Source of the DNA: Marinicrinis lubricantis
GTDB lineage: Bacteria > Bacillota > Bacilli > Paenibacillales > KCTC-33676
NCBI RefSeq assembly: GCF_965137935.1
Contig: NZ_CBCSCT010000001.1
Direction: 5' to 3' (one strand)
DNA length: 32,000 nucleotides
Below are positions 8,299 through 16,062 of this stretch, piece after piece. Under the pieces are notes generated by a model. It made no database searches. It worked only from the letters and a program-made list of their open reading frames with translations, and was not told the DNA's origin. The position numbers were made by a program, and so were the translations under genes. The stretch's first letter is position 1, and the number at the start of each line of letters is the position of its first letter.

Positions 8299-8370
8299 CG
8301 GACATTATATTCGTCAATCCCTGGACAGGCAACACCGTCAGCTTTCGGGCATTATGCTTCAGCGTAAACA
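8299..8370. repeat. Terminal inverted repeat, promoter-proximal end, with two sub-repeats (inner 8299-8334, outer about 8345-8370)
   Basis: The reverse complement is TGTTTACGCTGAAGCATAATGCCCGAAAGCTGACGGTGTTGCCTGTCCAGGGATTGACGAATATAATGTCCG. This aligns with 5373-5444. Confidence 0.8.
8304..8332 (-). promoter_or_regulatory. Sigma-A-type promoter inside the terminal repeat, reading into the element genes
   Basis: The - strand reads TTGCCT (complement of 8327-8332), a 17-nt spacer GTCCAGGGATTGACGAA, then TATAAT (complement of 8304-8309). The -10 is perfect and the spacing correct. It sits within the inner sub-repeat of the end. Confidence 0.55.
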
Positions 8371-8376
8371 CTAACG
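8371..8376. repeat. Target-site duplication, right copy (CTAACG)
   Basis: It is identical to 5367-5372 and directly abuts the ...GTAAACA terminus. Confidence 0.85.
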
Positions 8377-8420
8377 ATTTGCTCTCAGCAAAGAATATAT
8401 TAATAAAGCATAACCGTTAT

Positions 8421-8457
8421 AAGAGGTCACTTCTCATAGGAAGGACCTCTTATTTTT
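8421..8457 (+). terminator. Rho-independent terminator, inferred original codY/operon terminator now displaced 3 kb from codY
   Basis: AAGAGGTC(A)CTTC - loop - GAAGGACCTCTT gives a stem of about 12 bp with one bulge, followed by ATTTTTGTG. With the element and one TSD copy removed it would lie about 50 nt after the codY stop. Confidence 0.8.
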
Positions 8458-8460
8458 GTG

Positions 8461-8640
8461 TTGAGATCGCTTCCTATTTGTAGTCCTTTTTTCTTATTGA
8501 AAAACAAAAAAAATTGCTTCATAGTTAGGAATGGTATTTTCATACTTCATATTGTGACGAAATTCATGATATTTTTTGGAATTTGTCGAATCAAGAAGGA
8601 ATATGAAAACGAATGTTGAATACGTCATATTAGCAAAAAA
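8461..8640 (+). promoter_or_regulatory. AT-rich region expected to hold the fla/che operon promoter(s); exact -35/-10 not resolved
   Basis: It lies between a terminator and flgB, the first gene of a same-strand operon of more than 23 kb. The best sigma-A-like candidate is weak: TTGAAA (8497-8502), 17 nt, CATAGT (8520-8525). A second is TGaTATTTT (8567-8575), extended -10-like. No convincing sigma-D (TAAA-N15-GCCGATAT) match was seen. Confidence 0.3.
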
Positions 8641-8649
8641 AGCAGGTGG

Positions 8650-9066
8650 GTGAACCAGGTGGATATGCTTCAATCGAAACACTTATCTTTAATTGAATCA
8701 ACAATTAATGCTTCTGCTATGAGACACAAGGTCATAGCGAATAACATCGCTAATGTCGATACGCCTAATTTCAAGCGGTCGGAAGTCTTATTTGAGGAGC
8801 TGTTGAATCAGGAAATGAATGGAGAGAGCAGTCTTGTAGGTACTCGAACCCATTCCAAGCATCTTCCCATTGGACCAGGACAGCCATATGGTATTGAAGC
8901 CACGATTCGGGTAGATGGATCGACATCGCTGAACAATAATCAAAACAATGTGGATATTGACTATGAGATGGCGTTATCCGCTAAAAATCAGCTGAAATAT
9001 AACGCATTGATCCAACAGATGAATCATGAATTGAAAATGTTCCGAACATCGATTGGAGGCAGGTAG
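8650..9066 (+). CDS. flgB: Flagellar basal-body rod protein FlgB
   Basis: It has the rod N-terminal motif VIANNIANVDTPNFKR and the C-terminal NQLKYNALIQQMN. The start is ambiguous (GTG 8650, GTG 8659 or ATG 8665); GGTGG at 8645-8649 favours GTG 8659. Confidence 0.93.
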   Translation: MNQVDMLQSKHLSLIESTINASAMRHKVIANNIANVDTPNFKRSEVLFEELLNQEMNGESSLVGTRTHSKHLPIGPGQPYGIEATIRVDGSTSLNNNQNNVDIDYEMALSAKNQLKYNALIQQMNHELKMFRTSIGGR

Positions 9067-9068
9067 GG

Positions 9069-9524
9069 ATGAAACTGATGAATGGATTTGATATTAGTGC
9101 ATCCGCACTAACGGCGCAGCGCTTGCGAATGGACGTGATCTCTTCCAATATAGCCAACGCGGATACAACCCGAGGTCAGCGAGTAGGCAACGAGTGGCTT
9201 CCATATCAGAGGAAAATGGTTGTGATGGAGCCGCGGCAAAGCGAATTTTCTAATATTCTAGAGGCGCAAATGAACGGCAGAGACGGTATAGGTCAGGGTG
9301 TAAAAGTGACCAGCATTACTACAGATAATTCGCCGTATAAACAAGTGTATGATCCTACTCATCCTGATGCGAATGAAGATGGTTATGTGCTCATGCCGAA
9401 TGTGGATATTTTAAAAGAAATGGTCGACATGATGTCGGCATCTCGTGCTTACGAGGCCAATGTGACGTCGCTGAACGCATCGAAGTCGATGTTTATGAAA
9501 GCTCTAGAGATTGGCAAATATTAA
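9069..9524 (+). CDS. flgC: Flagellar basal-body rod protein FlgC
   Basis: SASALTAQRLRMDVISSNIANADTTR at the N-terminus and MVDMMSASRAYEANVTSLNASKSM at the C-terminus are typical FlgC motifs. GGAGG lies upstream. Confidence 0.95.
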   Translation: MKLMNGFDISASALTAQRLRMDVISSNIANADTTRGQRVGNEWLPYQRKMVVMEPRQSEFSNILEAQMNGRDGIGQGVKVTSITTDNSPYKQVYDPTHPDANEDGYVLMPNVDILKEMVDMMSASRAYEANVTSLNASKSMFMKALEIGKY

Positions 9525-9546
9525 TGGATTGTAAGGGGGTGTACTG

Positions 9547-9840
9547 ATGATCGAAAAAATAGCTCTAGCAAATCATTCGCTGCCTGCTTCTTCTTTAAGG
9601 GGGGGCGCAGTAAAAATGGGTGAAGATTTTGCTGAAGCCCTGAATAATGCAGTTGAAGGTCTGAATAAACAGCAAAGTCAAGTGAATCAATTGACAGAGA
9701 AATTCATTCAGGGTGAACTGACCGATGTTTCTCAGCTTACCATCGCTTCGGAAAAAGCGGCGCTTGGTTTGGAGCTTACGGTTCAATTGAGAAATAAAGC
9801 GGTAGAAGCATACCAAGAAATCATGAGAATTCAGCTCTAA
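9547..9840 (+). CDS. fliE: Flagellar hook-basal body complex protein FliE
   Basis: 97 aa with the C-terminal conserved ASEKAALGLELTVQLRNKAVEAYQEIMRIQL. It occupies the position after flgC. Confidence 0.92.
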   Translation: MIEKIALANHSLPASSLRGGAVKMGEDFAEALNNAVEGLNKQQSQVNQLTEKFIQGELTDVSQLTIASEKAALGLELTVQLRNKAVEAYQEIMRIQL

Positions 9841-9900
9841 TGCGCATCACTTTTATTAGAAATGCAGCACATATAGCGGTACCGACAATAGAGGTGGAAA

Positions 9901-11496
9901 ATGAACGAGTCAATTAGCCGGTATTGGGACAAAACGAAACAATACTGGAACCAGTTTAGCAAGAAGCAGAAAATCATGTTCGTTTCGGTTTTTGCATTAA
10001 CTATTTTGGCTCTTGGTATGCTGGTATATTATTTCTCGCGCACACAGTATGAATGGGCCTATTATGATTTAGATGCGACGGATATGGCCGCTGTTACGGA
10101 ATACTTGGATTCTTCCGGTATCCCATATAAATATGGAGCGGATGGTTCTAGCATCGCAGTTCCAAGTTCAGATGTAACAGATGTAAAAGTGAATGTAGCA
10201 GCTCAAAATTTGGTCCAAAGCGGTAAGCAGGGATTTGGTCTTTTTAGAGACAATATTTCCGGCTTTGGGATGACAGATAAAGAATTTGATCTGCTCAGCG
10301 TGGATGGTCGTGCAGGAGAAATCGAGAAACTGTTAAACAGCTACCAAGGGGTACAAAAATCGCTAGTTCTTTTGTCTATGCCAGAAGAAAGCGTGTTTGC
10401 GAGAGCAGGTCAGGAAGAGACGGCATCCGCATCGGTCAGCATTCAATTTGCGGCAGGATATCGTCCAGATCAGCAAGTGATCGACAGTATGTACAATCTG
10501 GTTCGCAGCGGTGTCGGTGTGGATAAACTACCGATTTCAAATATTACGATTACAGATCAATCCGGAAATCAGCTTTTTGCTTCGGAGACAACTGAAGGCG
10601 GGATGGGTCAAGCTGCTCTGTCTATCGCGGAACAGCACATGAGAATTAAAAAGGAATACGAGCAGGACATTAAAAACGATGTCGAACGTTTCCTGAAAAC
10701 AATTCTAGGCCAGGACAAAGTCGTTGTGAATGTTGCTTCCAGCTTTAACTTCGATCAGAGAAATCGTGAGGAACTGCTTTTCGAGCCTGTCAATGAAGAG
10801 GAAATGCAGGGGATTGAGCGCAGCGTCCAAGAGATCACGAAATCCTACACGAGCGAAGGCGGCGGAGACACAGGTGGTGTGGTTGGAACAGGTGAAACGG
10901 ATGTTCCTGGATATCAAAACAGCGCAAGCAGCGGAACCAGTACATCTGAGGAAGTCAACCGTACGATCAATTATGAGATTAACGAAATTAGACAATCCAT
11001 CGTTTCTAGTCCATATGTCGTTCAAGATTTGTCGATTTTTGTCGCATTGGAATCCACTGAGGATAAGGTCGTAACACCAGAGGTACAGCAGCAGGTGAAA
11101 ACAATGCTGGCCAGCTTGGTTGGAACTTCTCTTGCGAATAGTGATAAGCAGTACACGCAGGAACAATTGGAAAGCAAAGTTTCAGTCATTGCACAAACAT
11201 TCGAAGGCAAAGAAGCAACAACCATTCCATCCGGGGAATCTAACATGATGTGGTATGGGATTGGAGCTGCTGCATTAGCTTTAATCGCAATTGGCGGATA
11301 TTTTATTTTCCGTAGAAATAAACAAGAGGTTGTTGAGGAAGAGCTGCCTGACGAAAATGTACCGGTAGAGTATCCTTCAATCGATTTGGATAGTATGACG
11401 AATGATCAACAGGTACGCAAGCAGTTGGAAAATCTGGCGAAGAAAAAGCCGGATGAATTCGTAAATCTGCTGCGGACTTGGTTAGTGGATGAATAG
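9901..11496 (+). CDS. fliF: Flagellar M-ring protein FliF
   Basis: 531 aa with an N-terminal TM (IMFVSVFALTILALGMLVYYF) and a YscJ/FliF periplasmic region. It also has a C-terminal TM (WYGIGAAALALIAIGGYFIF) and a FliG-binding tail (LRTWLVDE). Confidence 0.95.
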   Translation: MNESISRYWDKTKQYWNQFSKKQKIMFVSVFALTILALGMLVYYFSRTQYEWAYYDLDATDMAAVTEYLDSSGIPYKYGADGSSIAVPSSDVTDVKVNVAAQNLVQSGKQGFGLFRDNISGFGMTDKEFDLLSVDGRAGEIEKLLNSYQGVQKSLVLLSMPEESVFARAGQEETASASVSIQFAAGYRPDQQVIDSMYNLVRSGVGVDKLPISNITITDQSGNQLFASETTEGGMGQAALSIAEQHMRIKKEYEQDIKNDVERFLKTILGQDKVVVNVASSFNFDQRNREELLFEPVNEEEMQGIERSVQEITKSYTSEGGGDTGGVVGTGETDVPGYQNSASSGTSTSEEVNRTINYEINEIRQSIVSSPYVVQDLSIFVALESTEDKVVTPEVQQQVKTMLASLVGTSLANSDKQYTQEQLESKVSVIAQTFEGKEATTIPSGESNMMWYGIGAAALALIAIGGYFIFRRNKQEVVEEELPDENVPVEYPSIDLDSMTNDQQVRKQLENLAKKKPDEFVNLLRTWLVDE

Positions 11497-11507
11497 AGGT
11501 GTAACGA

Positions 11508-12521
11508 ATGTCTAAGGCGCAACAAGGCCTATCTGGGAGACAAAAAGCAGCATTGCTACTCATCACGCTTGGACCTGAGGTGTCTGCCCAAATTTTCAAG
11601 CACCTCAGGGACGATGAGATTGAACAATTAACGTTGGAGATTGCCAACGTCCGGAAGGTTTCAACGGAAACCAAGGAAACCGTACTCTCAGAATTTCATG
11701 AAATATGCATGGCTCAAGAGTATATTTCTCAAGGCGGCTTGGCTTACGCCAAAGAAGTACTGGAAAAAGCGCTTGGCGGTCAAAAGGCGGTTGATATTTT
11801 AAATCGCTTGACGGCAACGCTCCAGGTCAGACCATTTGATTTCGCACGGAAGGCCGATCCTGCCCAAATTTTGAATTTTATTCAAAATGAGAATCCACAG
11901 ACGATCGCCTTGGTGCTTTCTTATTTGAAATCAGATCAAGCGTCAGTCATTTTATCCTCTCTGTCTCAGGAGAAACAAGCTGATGTTGCGAAAAGAATTG
12001 CGCTGATGGACAGTACTTCTCCGGAAGTGGTTAGTCAAGTGGAACGCATTCTAGAGCAAAAATTGTCCGCGACAGTAACACAGGATTATACGAATGCAGG
12101 CGGTATCGAATCGATCGTACAGATTTTGAACGGTGTCGATCGCGGGACAGAAAGAACGATTTTGGATTCGTTGGAGATTCAAGATCCGGAACTTGCTGAA
12201 GAGATCAAGAAGAGAATGTTTGTATTCGAGGATATCGTCAATTTGGACAACCGTTCTATTCAGCGTATTATTCGCGATGTGGAGAATGCGGACCTTCAAC
12301 TTGCGCTTAAAGTGTCAAGTGATGACGTTCGTGATGTCATATTTAGAAATATGTCCAAACGAATGGCGGATACATTCAAGGAAGAAATGGAATTTATGGG
12401 ACCTGTGCGTCTGCGTGATGTTGAGGAAGCTCAAACCCGTATTGTAGCTACGATCCGTAAGCTAGAAGAAACAGGAGAGATCATCATCGCTCGCGGCGGA
12501 GGAGATGATATCATTGTCTAA
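11508..12521 (+). CDS. fliG: Flagellar motor switch protein FliG
   Basis: 337 aa with LSGRQKAALLLITLGPEVSAQIFKHL, MFVFEDI, and a C-terminal charged-helix region (DVEEAQTRIVATIRKLEETGEI). Confidence 0.96.
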   Translation: MSKAQQGLSGRQKAALLLITLGPEVSAQIFKHLRDDEIEQLTLEIANVRKVSTETKETVLSEFHEICMAQEYISQGGLAYAKEVLEKALGGQKAVDILNRLTATLQVRPFDFARKADPAQILNFIQNENPQTIALVLSYLKSDQASVILSSLSQEKQADVAKRIALMDSTSPEVVSQVERILEQKLSATVTQDYTNAGGIESIVQILNGVDRGTERTILDSLEIQDPELAEEIKKRMFVFEDIVNLDNRSIQRIIRDVENADLQLALKVSSDDVRDVIFRNMSKRMADTFKEEMEFMGPVRLRDVEEAQTRIVATIRKLEETGEIIIARGGGDDIIV

Positions 12522-13362
12522 TTTGATTAAATCTACCTATTACGTTCCCATTCAAGACAAGAAAAAGCTGGAGGCTGTTGTGCCCGCTGTTGATGCTCAG
12601 GCGCAGGAAACACAGCGTCCAGCTGTCAGTTATAACGATTTACCAGCAGAAATCAAGCAGGAAATCGAAGAGCTCAAGCAATCGTTAATTCGTGAAGCGG
12701 AAGAGGCGGCGCAAGCTGTTTTGGATCAGGCGAAACTGGAGGCCGAGCAACTGAAGGCGGCTGCTTCCGAAGAAATCGAAGCCTGGTGGCAGGAGCATAG
12801 ACAAAGAGATCAACACATCATCGATGAAATGAAATCGCAAGGTTACGCTGAAGGAGTTCAGGAAGGGAAACAAGCTGCAAAAGAACAAATTGTTCGAGAA
12901 TATGAAAGTCAAATACAAGATGCGAACAAGCTTTTGCAGGCGGCCTATGACCATAAGCGACGAATTATTGCAGAGGCGGAACCGTTTTTGATTGAGGTCA
13001 GTACCATGATCGCTGAAAAAATACTGAAACGAAAGCTTTCTGAAGATCCAAGGCTGTCGATTGAATTGATTCGTCCACTTCTTGAACGATCCAGACAGCA
13101 AGGGTCTGTATTGTTGTCGGTATCTCCGTCTCAATATTCTGCAATATATGAAGCTAGAGACGAACTGCGGCAATGCATAGAGCCTCAAGCGGAGCTTGAA
13201 ATCTTGCCTGATGCGGCGGTAGAGGATGGAATTTGTATTGTAAGAACTTCCTTTGGCAGTATGGATGCGCGTATTAGCACACAGTTGGAGGAGATTAAGC
13301 AGGCGCTGCAGCAGGCTGCAGTATATTCGGTAGCGGAGGATGAACAGGATGATTCAGCTTGA
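12505..13362 (+). CDS. fliH: Flagellar assembly protein FliH
   Basis: 285 aa with an E/Q/A-rich coiled-coil N-half and a FliH-type C-half (EAEPFLIEVSTMIAEKILKRKL, ICIVRTSFGSMDARISTQL). It lies between fliG and fliI and overlaps fliG by 17 nt. Confidence 0.85.
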   Translation: MISLSNLIKSTYYVPIQDKKKLEAVVPAVDAQAQETQRPAVSYNDLPAEIKQEIEELKQSLIREAEEAAQAVLDQAKLEAEQLKAAASEEIEAWWQEHRQRDQHIIDEMKSQGYAEGVQEGKQAAKEQIVREYESQIQDANKLLQAAYDHKRRIIAEAEPFLIEVSTMIAEKILKRKLSEDPRLSIELIRPLLERSRQQGSVLLSVSPSQYSAIYEARDELRQCIEPQAELEILPDAAVEDGICIVRTSFGSMDARISTQLEEIKQALQQAAVYSVAEDEQDDSA

Positions 13363-14668
13363 TGCAAGCAAATATACATCCCTTTTGCAGACGTTGGATC
13401 CGGTTCGTGTCAACGGAAAAGTAACGCAAATTATAGGCCTTATGGTGGAATCCCAAGGTCCTGAAGCGAATATCGGGGATGTCTGTCATATTCATCCGCA
13501 CCGTGGCTGCAAACCGCTTCCCGCAGAAGTCGTTGGCTTTCGCGATAATAAAGTACTGCTCATGCCGCTGGGCGATCTGCAGTCGATTGGACCAGGTTGT
13601 GAAGTTGTCAGCACAGGACGCCCTTTGACGGTGAAGGTCGGTCAAGAGCTTTTGGGCAAGGTGCTGAATGGCTTAGGTGAACCGCTTGACGGAAGCAAGC
13701 TGTCATCCAATATGCTGCGTTATTCTACACATAACGTGCCGAGTAATCCATTGAACCGGCCGCGCGTGCAAGAACCTTTAGGTGTAGGAGTCCGATGTAT
13801 TGACGGACTGCTAACTATTGGCAAAGGACAGCGTGTCGGAATATTCGCCGGTTCAGGCGTTGGTAAGAGCACCTTGATGGGAATGATCGCAAGAAATACA
13901 TCGGCAGATGTGAATGTGATCGGACTGATTGGTGAGCGTGGACGTGAGGTGCTGGACTTTATAGAACGCGATTTAGGTCCGGAAGGTTTAGCTAGATCCG
14001 TTGTCGTCGTAGCGACTTCCGATCAGCCGGCGCTCATTCGGATTAAAGGTGCGCTTATCACCACAGCGATTGCGGAATATTTTCGGGATCGCGGCATGAA
14101 CGTCATGCTGATGATGGACTCTGTTACCCGTTATGCAATGGCCATGAGAGAAGTCGGTCTTGCTGTCGGTGAGCCGCCAGCGACACGCGGCTATACGCCA
14201 TCGGTTTTTGCTAATTTGCCGAAGCTGCTGGAGCGTGCTGGAACATCACCGAAGGGCTCGATTACCGCTTTTTATACCGTATTGGTCGACGGTGATGATA
14301 TGAACGAACCGATTGCTGATACCGTACGAGGAATTTTAGACGGTCATATCGTTCTCAGCAGGCAGCTGGCCAACCGAGGCCATTATCCGGCCATCGATGT
14401 GTTATCCAGCATCAGCCGGGTAATGAAGGAAATTGTACCTGAAGAACAGCAGCTGGCAGCTGATCGCTTGAAAAAATGGCTTTCTGTCTATAAAAATTCG
14501 GAAGACTTGATCAATATAGGGGCGTACCAGACTGGTTCGAATCAAGAAATTGATACTGCCATTTCTTATATTGATAACATATGGAACTTCACCTCTCAGA
14601 AAGTAACGGAAAAGGTAGATTTTCAAAATGTTCAAGAAAGACTCATTCAAGAGTTTTTAGGAGGTTGA
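13349..14668 (+). CDS. fliI: Flagellum-specific ATP synthase FliI
   Basis: It has Walker A GIFAGSGVGKSTL, Walker B VMLMMDSVTRYA, and a RecA/F1-like fold sequence throughout. The ORF track starts at 13340, but GGAGGA (13335-13340) is placed correctly for the second ATG at 13349. Confidence 0.95.
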   Translation: MIQLDASKYTSLLQTLDPVRVNGKVTQIIGLMVESQGPEANIGDVCHIHPHRGCKPLPAEVVGFRDNKVLLMPLGDLQSIGPGCEVVSTGRPLTVKVGQELLGKVLNGLGEPLDGSKLSSNMLRYSTHNVPSNPLNRPRVQEPLGVGVRCIDGLLTIGKGQRVGIFAGSGVGKSTLMGMIARNTSADVNVIGLIGERGREVLDFIERDLGPEGLARSVVVVATSDQPALIRIKGALITTAIAEYFRDRGMNVMLMMDSVTRYAMAMREVGLAVGEPPATRGYTPSVFANLPKLLERAGTSPKGSITAFYTVLVDGDDMNEPIADTVRGILDGHIVLSRQLANRGHYPAIDVLSSISRVMKEIVPEEQQLAADRLKKWLSVYKNSEDLINIGAYQTGSNQEIDTAISYIDNIWNFTSQKVTEKVDFQNVQERLIQEFLGG

Positions 14669-14672
14669 TCCG

Positions 14673-15104
14673 TTGAAATTCCGTTACGCATATCAAAATA
14701 TCGTTAATTTAAAAGCTACTGAAAAAACACAAGCGCAATGGATGCTTTCGCGTGAATTGGAACGGCTGCGTACAGAGGAAACGAGCTTGTCGCAGCTCCA
14801 GCAGCAGCGAAAAGAAACGATGGACACCCTTCATCAAGCAGCGTTGAATGGGGCATCTGTGTTAGAGCTGCAGCATCTTCAGCTGTTTCTGGATCGTTTG
14901 GAGAAAATGATTCAATCAAAGGTCAAGGATGTTGGTGAAGCTCAGAAAAGAGTGCAGGAGAAGCAGCAAAGCTTAAACCATAAGGCGATGGATGAGAAGA
15001 TATGGACCAAAGCCAAAGAAAACGCCCTTACAGAGTTCACCGCTCAGTTTCTCAAGAAAGAGCAGGAGGAGCTGGATGAATTGGCTGCTGTCCGCCACGG
15101 ATAA
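14673..15104 (+). CDS. fliJ: Flagellar export chaperone/stalk protein FliJ
   Basis: 143 aa, all coiled coil, with the N-terminal FRYAYQNIVNLK..EKTQAQ typical of FliJ. The TTG start lies 8 nt after AGGAGG (14659-14664). Confidence 0.85.
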   Translation: MKFRYAYQNIVNLKATEKTQAQWMLSRELERLRTEETSLSQLQQQRKETMDTLHQAALNGASVLELQHLQLFLDRLEKMIQSKVKDVGEAQKRVQEKQQSLNHKAMDEKIWTKAKENALTEFTAQFLKKEQEELDELAAVRHG

Positions 15105-15130
15105 GCTCTTGTTAGGAAGGAGGAGACGGT

Positions 15131-16030
15131 ATGCCAGAGCATGAGGTAGAGAAAACCTCCTATGGAGCCTTTGAAAAAATACTTTACTTATTTTTAATTC
15201 CTGTTGTGTTCACAAGCATTTTAACGGTTGTGCTATTGTCCATGTTTAATTACGACGTTAAAAATTCTGTTTTATCGTTTGCGAACAAAATTCCGCTCGT
15301 CGAAAAAATCATCCCTGATCCGGAAGAAGAAGCTTCGGAAGATACACCTTCAGGGGAAAAGATCGCTGCGGAAGGACAAAGCAATGAACAACTGGCTCAG
15401 CAAATAAAAGATCTTCAAAAACAGATTGACTCCAGCCGAGGTGTCATTGAATCGAAGGATCAGCAAATATTAAAGCTTCGGGCGGAAATTGAACAATTGA
15501 ATGCTAGCTTAGAGGAAAAACGTCAATCGGACGAGGAATATCTGAATCAAATCAAAAAGCTATCTAACATGTATGCCGATATGACACCTTCGAAATCGGC
15601 GGCTATCTTAGAGCGGTTGACGATGGATGAGCTGGTACTTGTAATGAGCCAAATGTCCTCGGATGATCAAATACGCATACTAGAGAAGATGAACCCGCAA
15701 ATTGCGGCTGAGGCGTCGATCCAAATGAAGGATTTAGTACCGGCTGAAAACATGCAGATCGCTGCATTACAATCCAGGCTGGAAATCCAAGATAGCGAGC
15801 AGGCGGAAGATACGGATTTCACGACAGAAGATTTGAGCCAAACGTTCGCTGCGATGACGGCGAAAAGCAGTGCATCGATCCTCCTTGAAATGTATAACGC
15901 AGACCCCCTTCAGGTTCTGAACGTACTAAGAGCCATGAATGTGAACGCGAGATCTTCTATTATCAGTTCGATGGAACAGCAGGATAAAGATAAGGCGGCG
16001 GCTATTTCAGCAAAGCTTAGCAATAACTAA
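15131..16030 (+). CDS. ylxF: YlxF-like flagellar operon protein (N-terminal TM, coiled coil, two MgtE-N-like modules)
   Basis: It occupies the position between fliJ and fliK, as ylxF does in B. subtilis. It has a TM segment ILYLFLIPVVFTSILTVVLLSMF and a coiled coil (LAQQIKDLQKQI...LRAEIEQLNASLEEK). The repeated modules are MTPSKSAAILERL... and MTAKSSASILLEM.... Confidence 0.7.
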   Translation: MPEHEVEKTSYGAFEKILYLFLIPVVFTSILTVVLLSMFNYDVKNSVLSFANKIPLVEKIIPDPEEEASEDTPSGEKIAAEGQSNEQLAQQIKDLQKQIDSSRGVIESKDQQILKLRAEIEQLNASLEEKRQSDEEYLNQIKKLSNMYADMTPSKSAAILERLTMDELVLVMSQMSSDDQIRILEKMNPQIAAEASIQMKDLVPAENMQIAALQSRLEIQDSEQAEDTDFTTEDLSQTFAAMTAKSSASILLEMYNADPLQVLNVLRAMNVNARSSIISSMEQQDKDKAAAISAKLSNN

Positions 16031-16062
16031 TGTGATCATCACTCGAAAGGAGGTGAAAACAA

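Larger units (their letters stand above)
5373..8370 (-). mobile_element. Intact three-gene transposable element (about 3.0 kb). Two-component DDE transposase plus AAA+ ATPase with an upstream Zn-ribbon ORF. IS21-like in layout, Mu/Tn552/TniAB-like in protein classes.
   Basis: It begins 5'-TG and ends CA-3'. Positions 5373-5444 align with the reverse complement of 8299-8370 (imperfect, small indels). It is flanked by the direct repeat CTAACG. Three co-oriented ORFs lie on the - strand. The interior is visibly more GC-rich than the flanks (not computed). Confidence 0.9.

Noticed and set aside
5373-8370. Labelling the element simply as a canonical IS21-family IS (istA/istB)
   Set aside because: The two-gene layout and TG...CA ends fit. 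However, the ATPase carries ExeA/TniB-type motifs rather than the IstB signature, and there is a third gene inside the IRs. I therefore keep the family assignment open pending HMM and ISfinder searches.
8159-8371. 70-aa ORF on the - strand as drawn in the track
   Set aside because: Its 5' part runs through the terminal inverted repeat and starts in the target duplication outside the element. Only the inner 39 codons from ATG 8278, which have an RBS, are considered plausible.
8570-8584. CodY-box-like sequence TATTTTTTGGAATTT upstream of flgB
   Set aside because: It matches only about 11 of 15 positions of the AATTTTCWGAAAATT consensus. That level of match is expected by chance in AT-rich DNA, so it is not reported as a site.
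8461-8640. Sigma-D promoter (TAAA-N15-GCCGATAT) for fla/che
   Set aside because: No acceptable match was found. The closest -10-like word, GTCGAATC (8584-8591), matches only half the positions.
8494-8682. 62-aa ORF on the - strand in the codY-flgB intergenic region
   Set aside because: It lies in AT-rich promoter DNA and overlaps the flgB start. It has a hydrophobic, low-complexity translation and no RBS.
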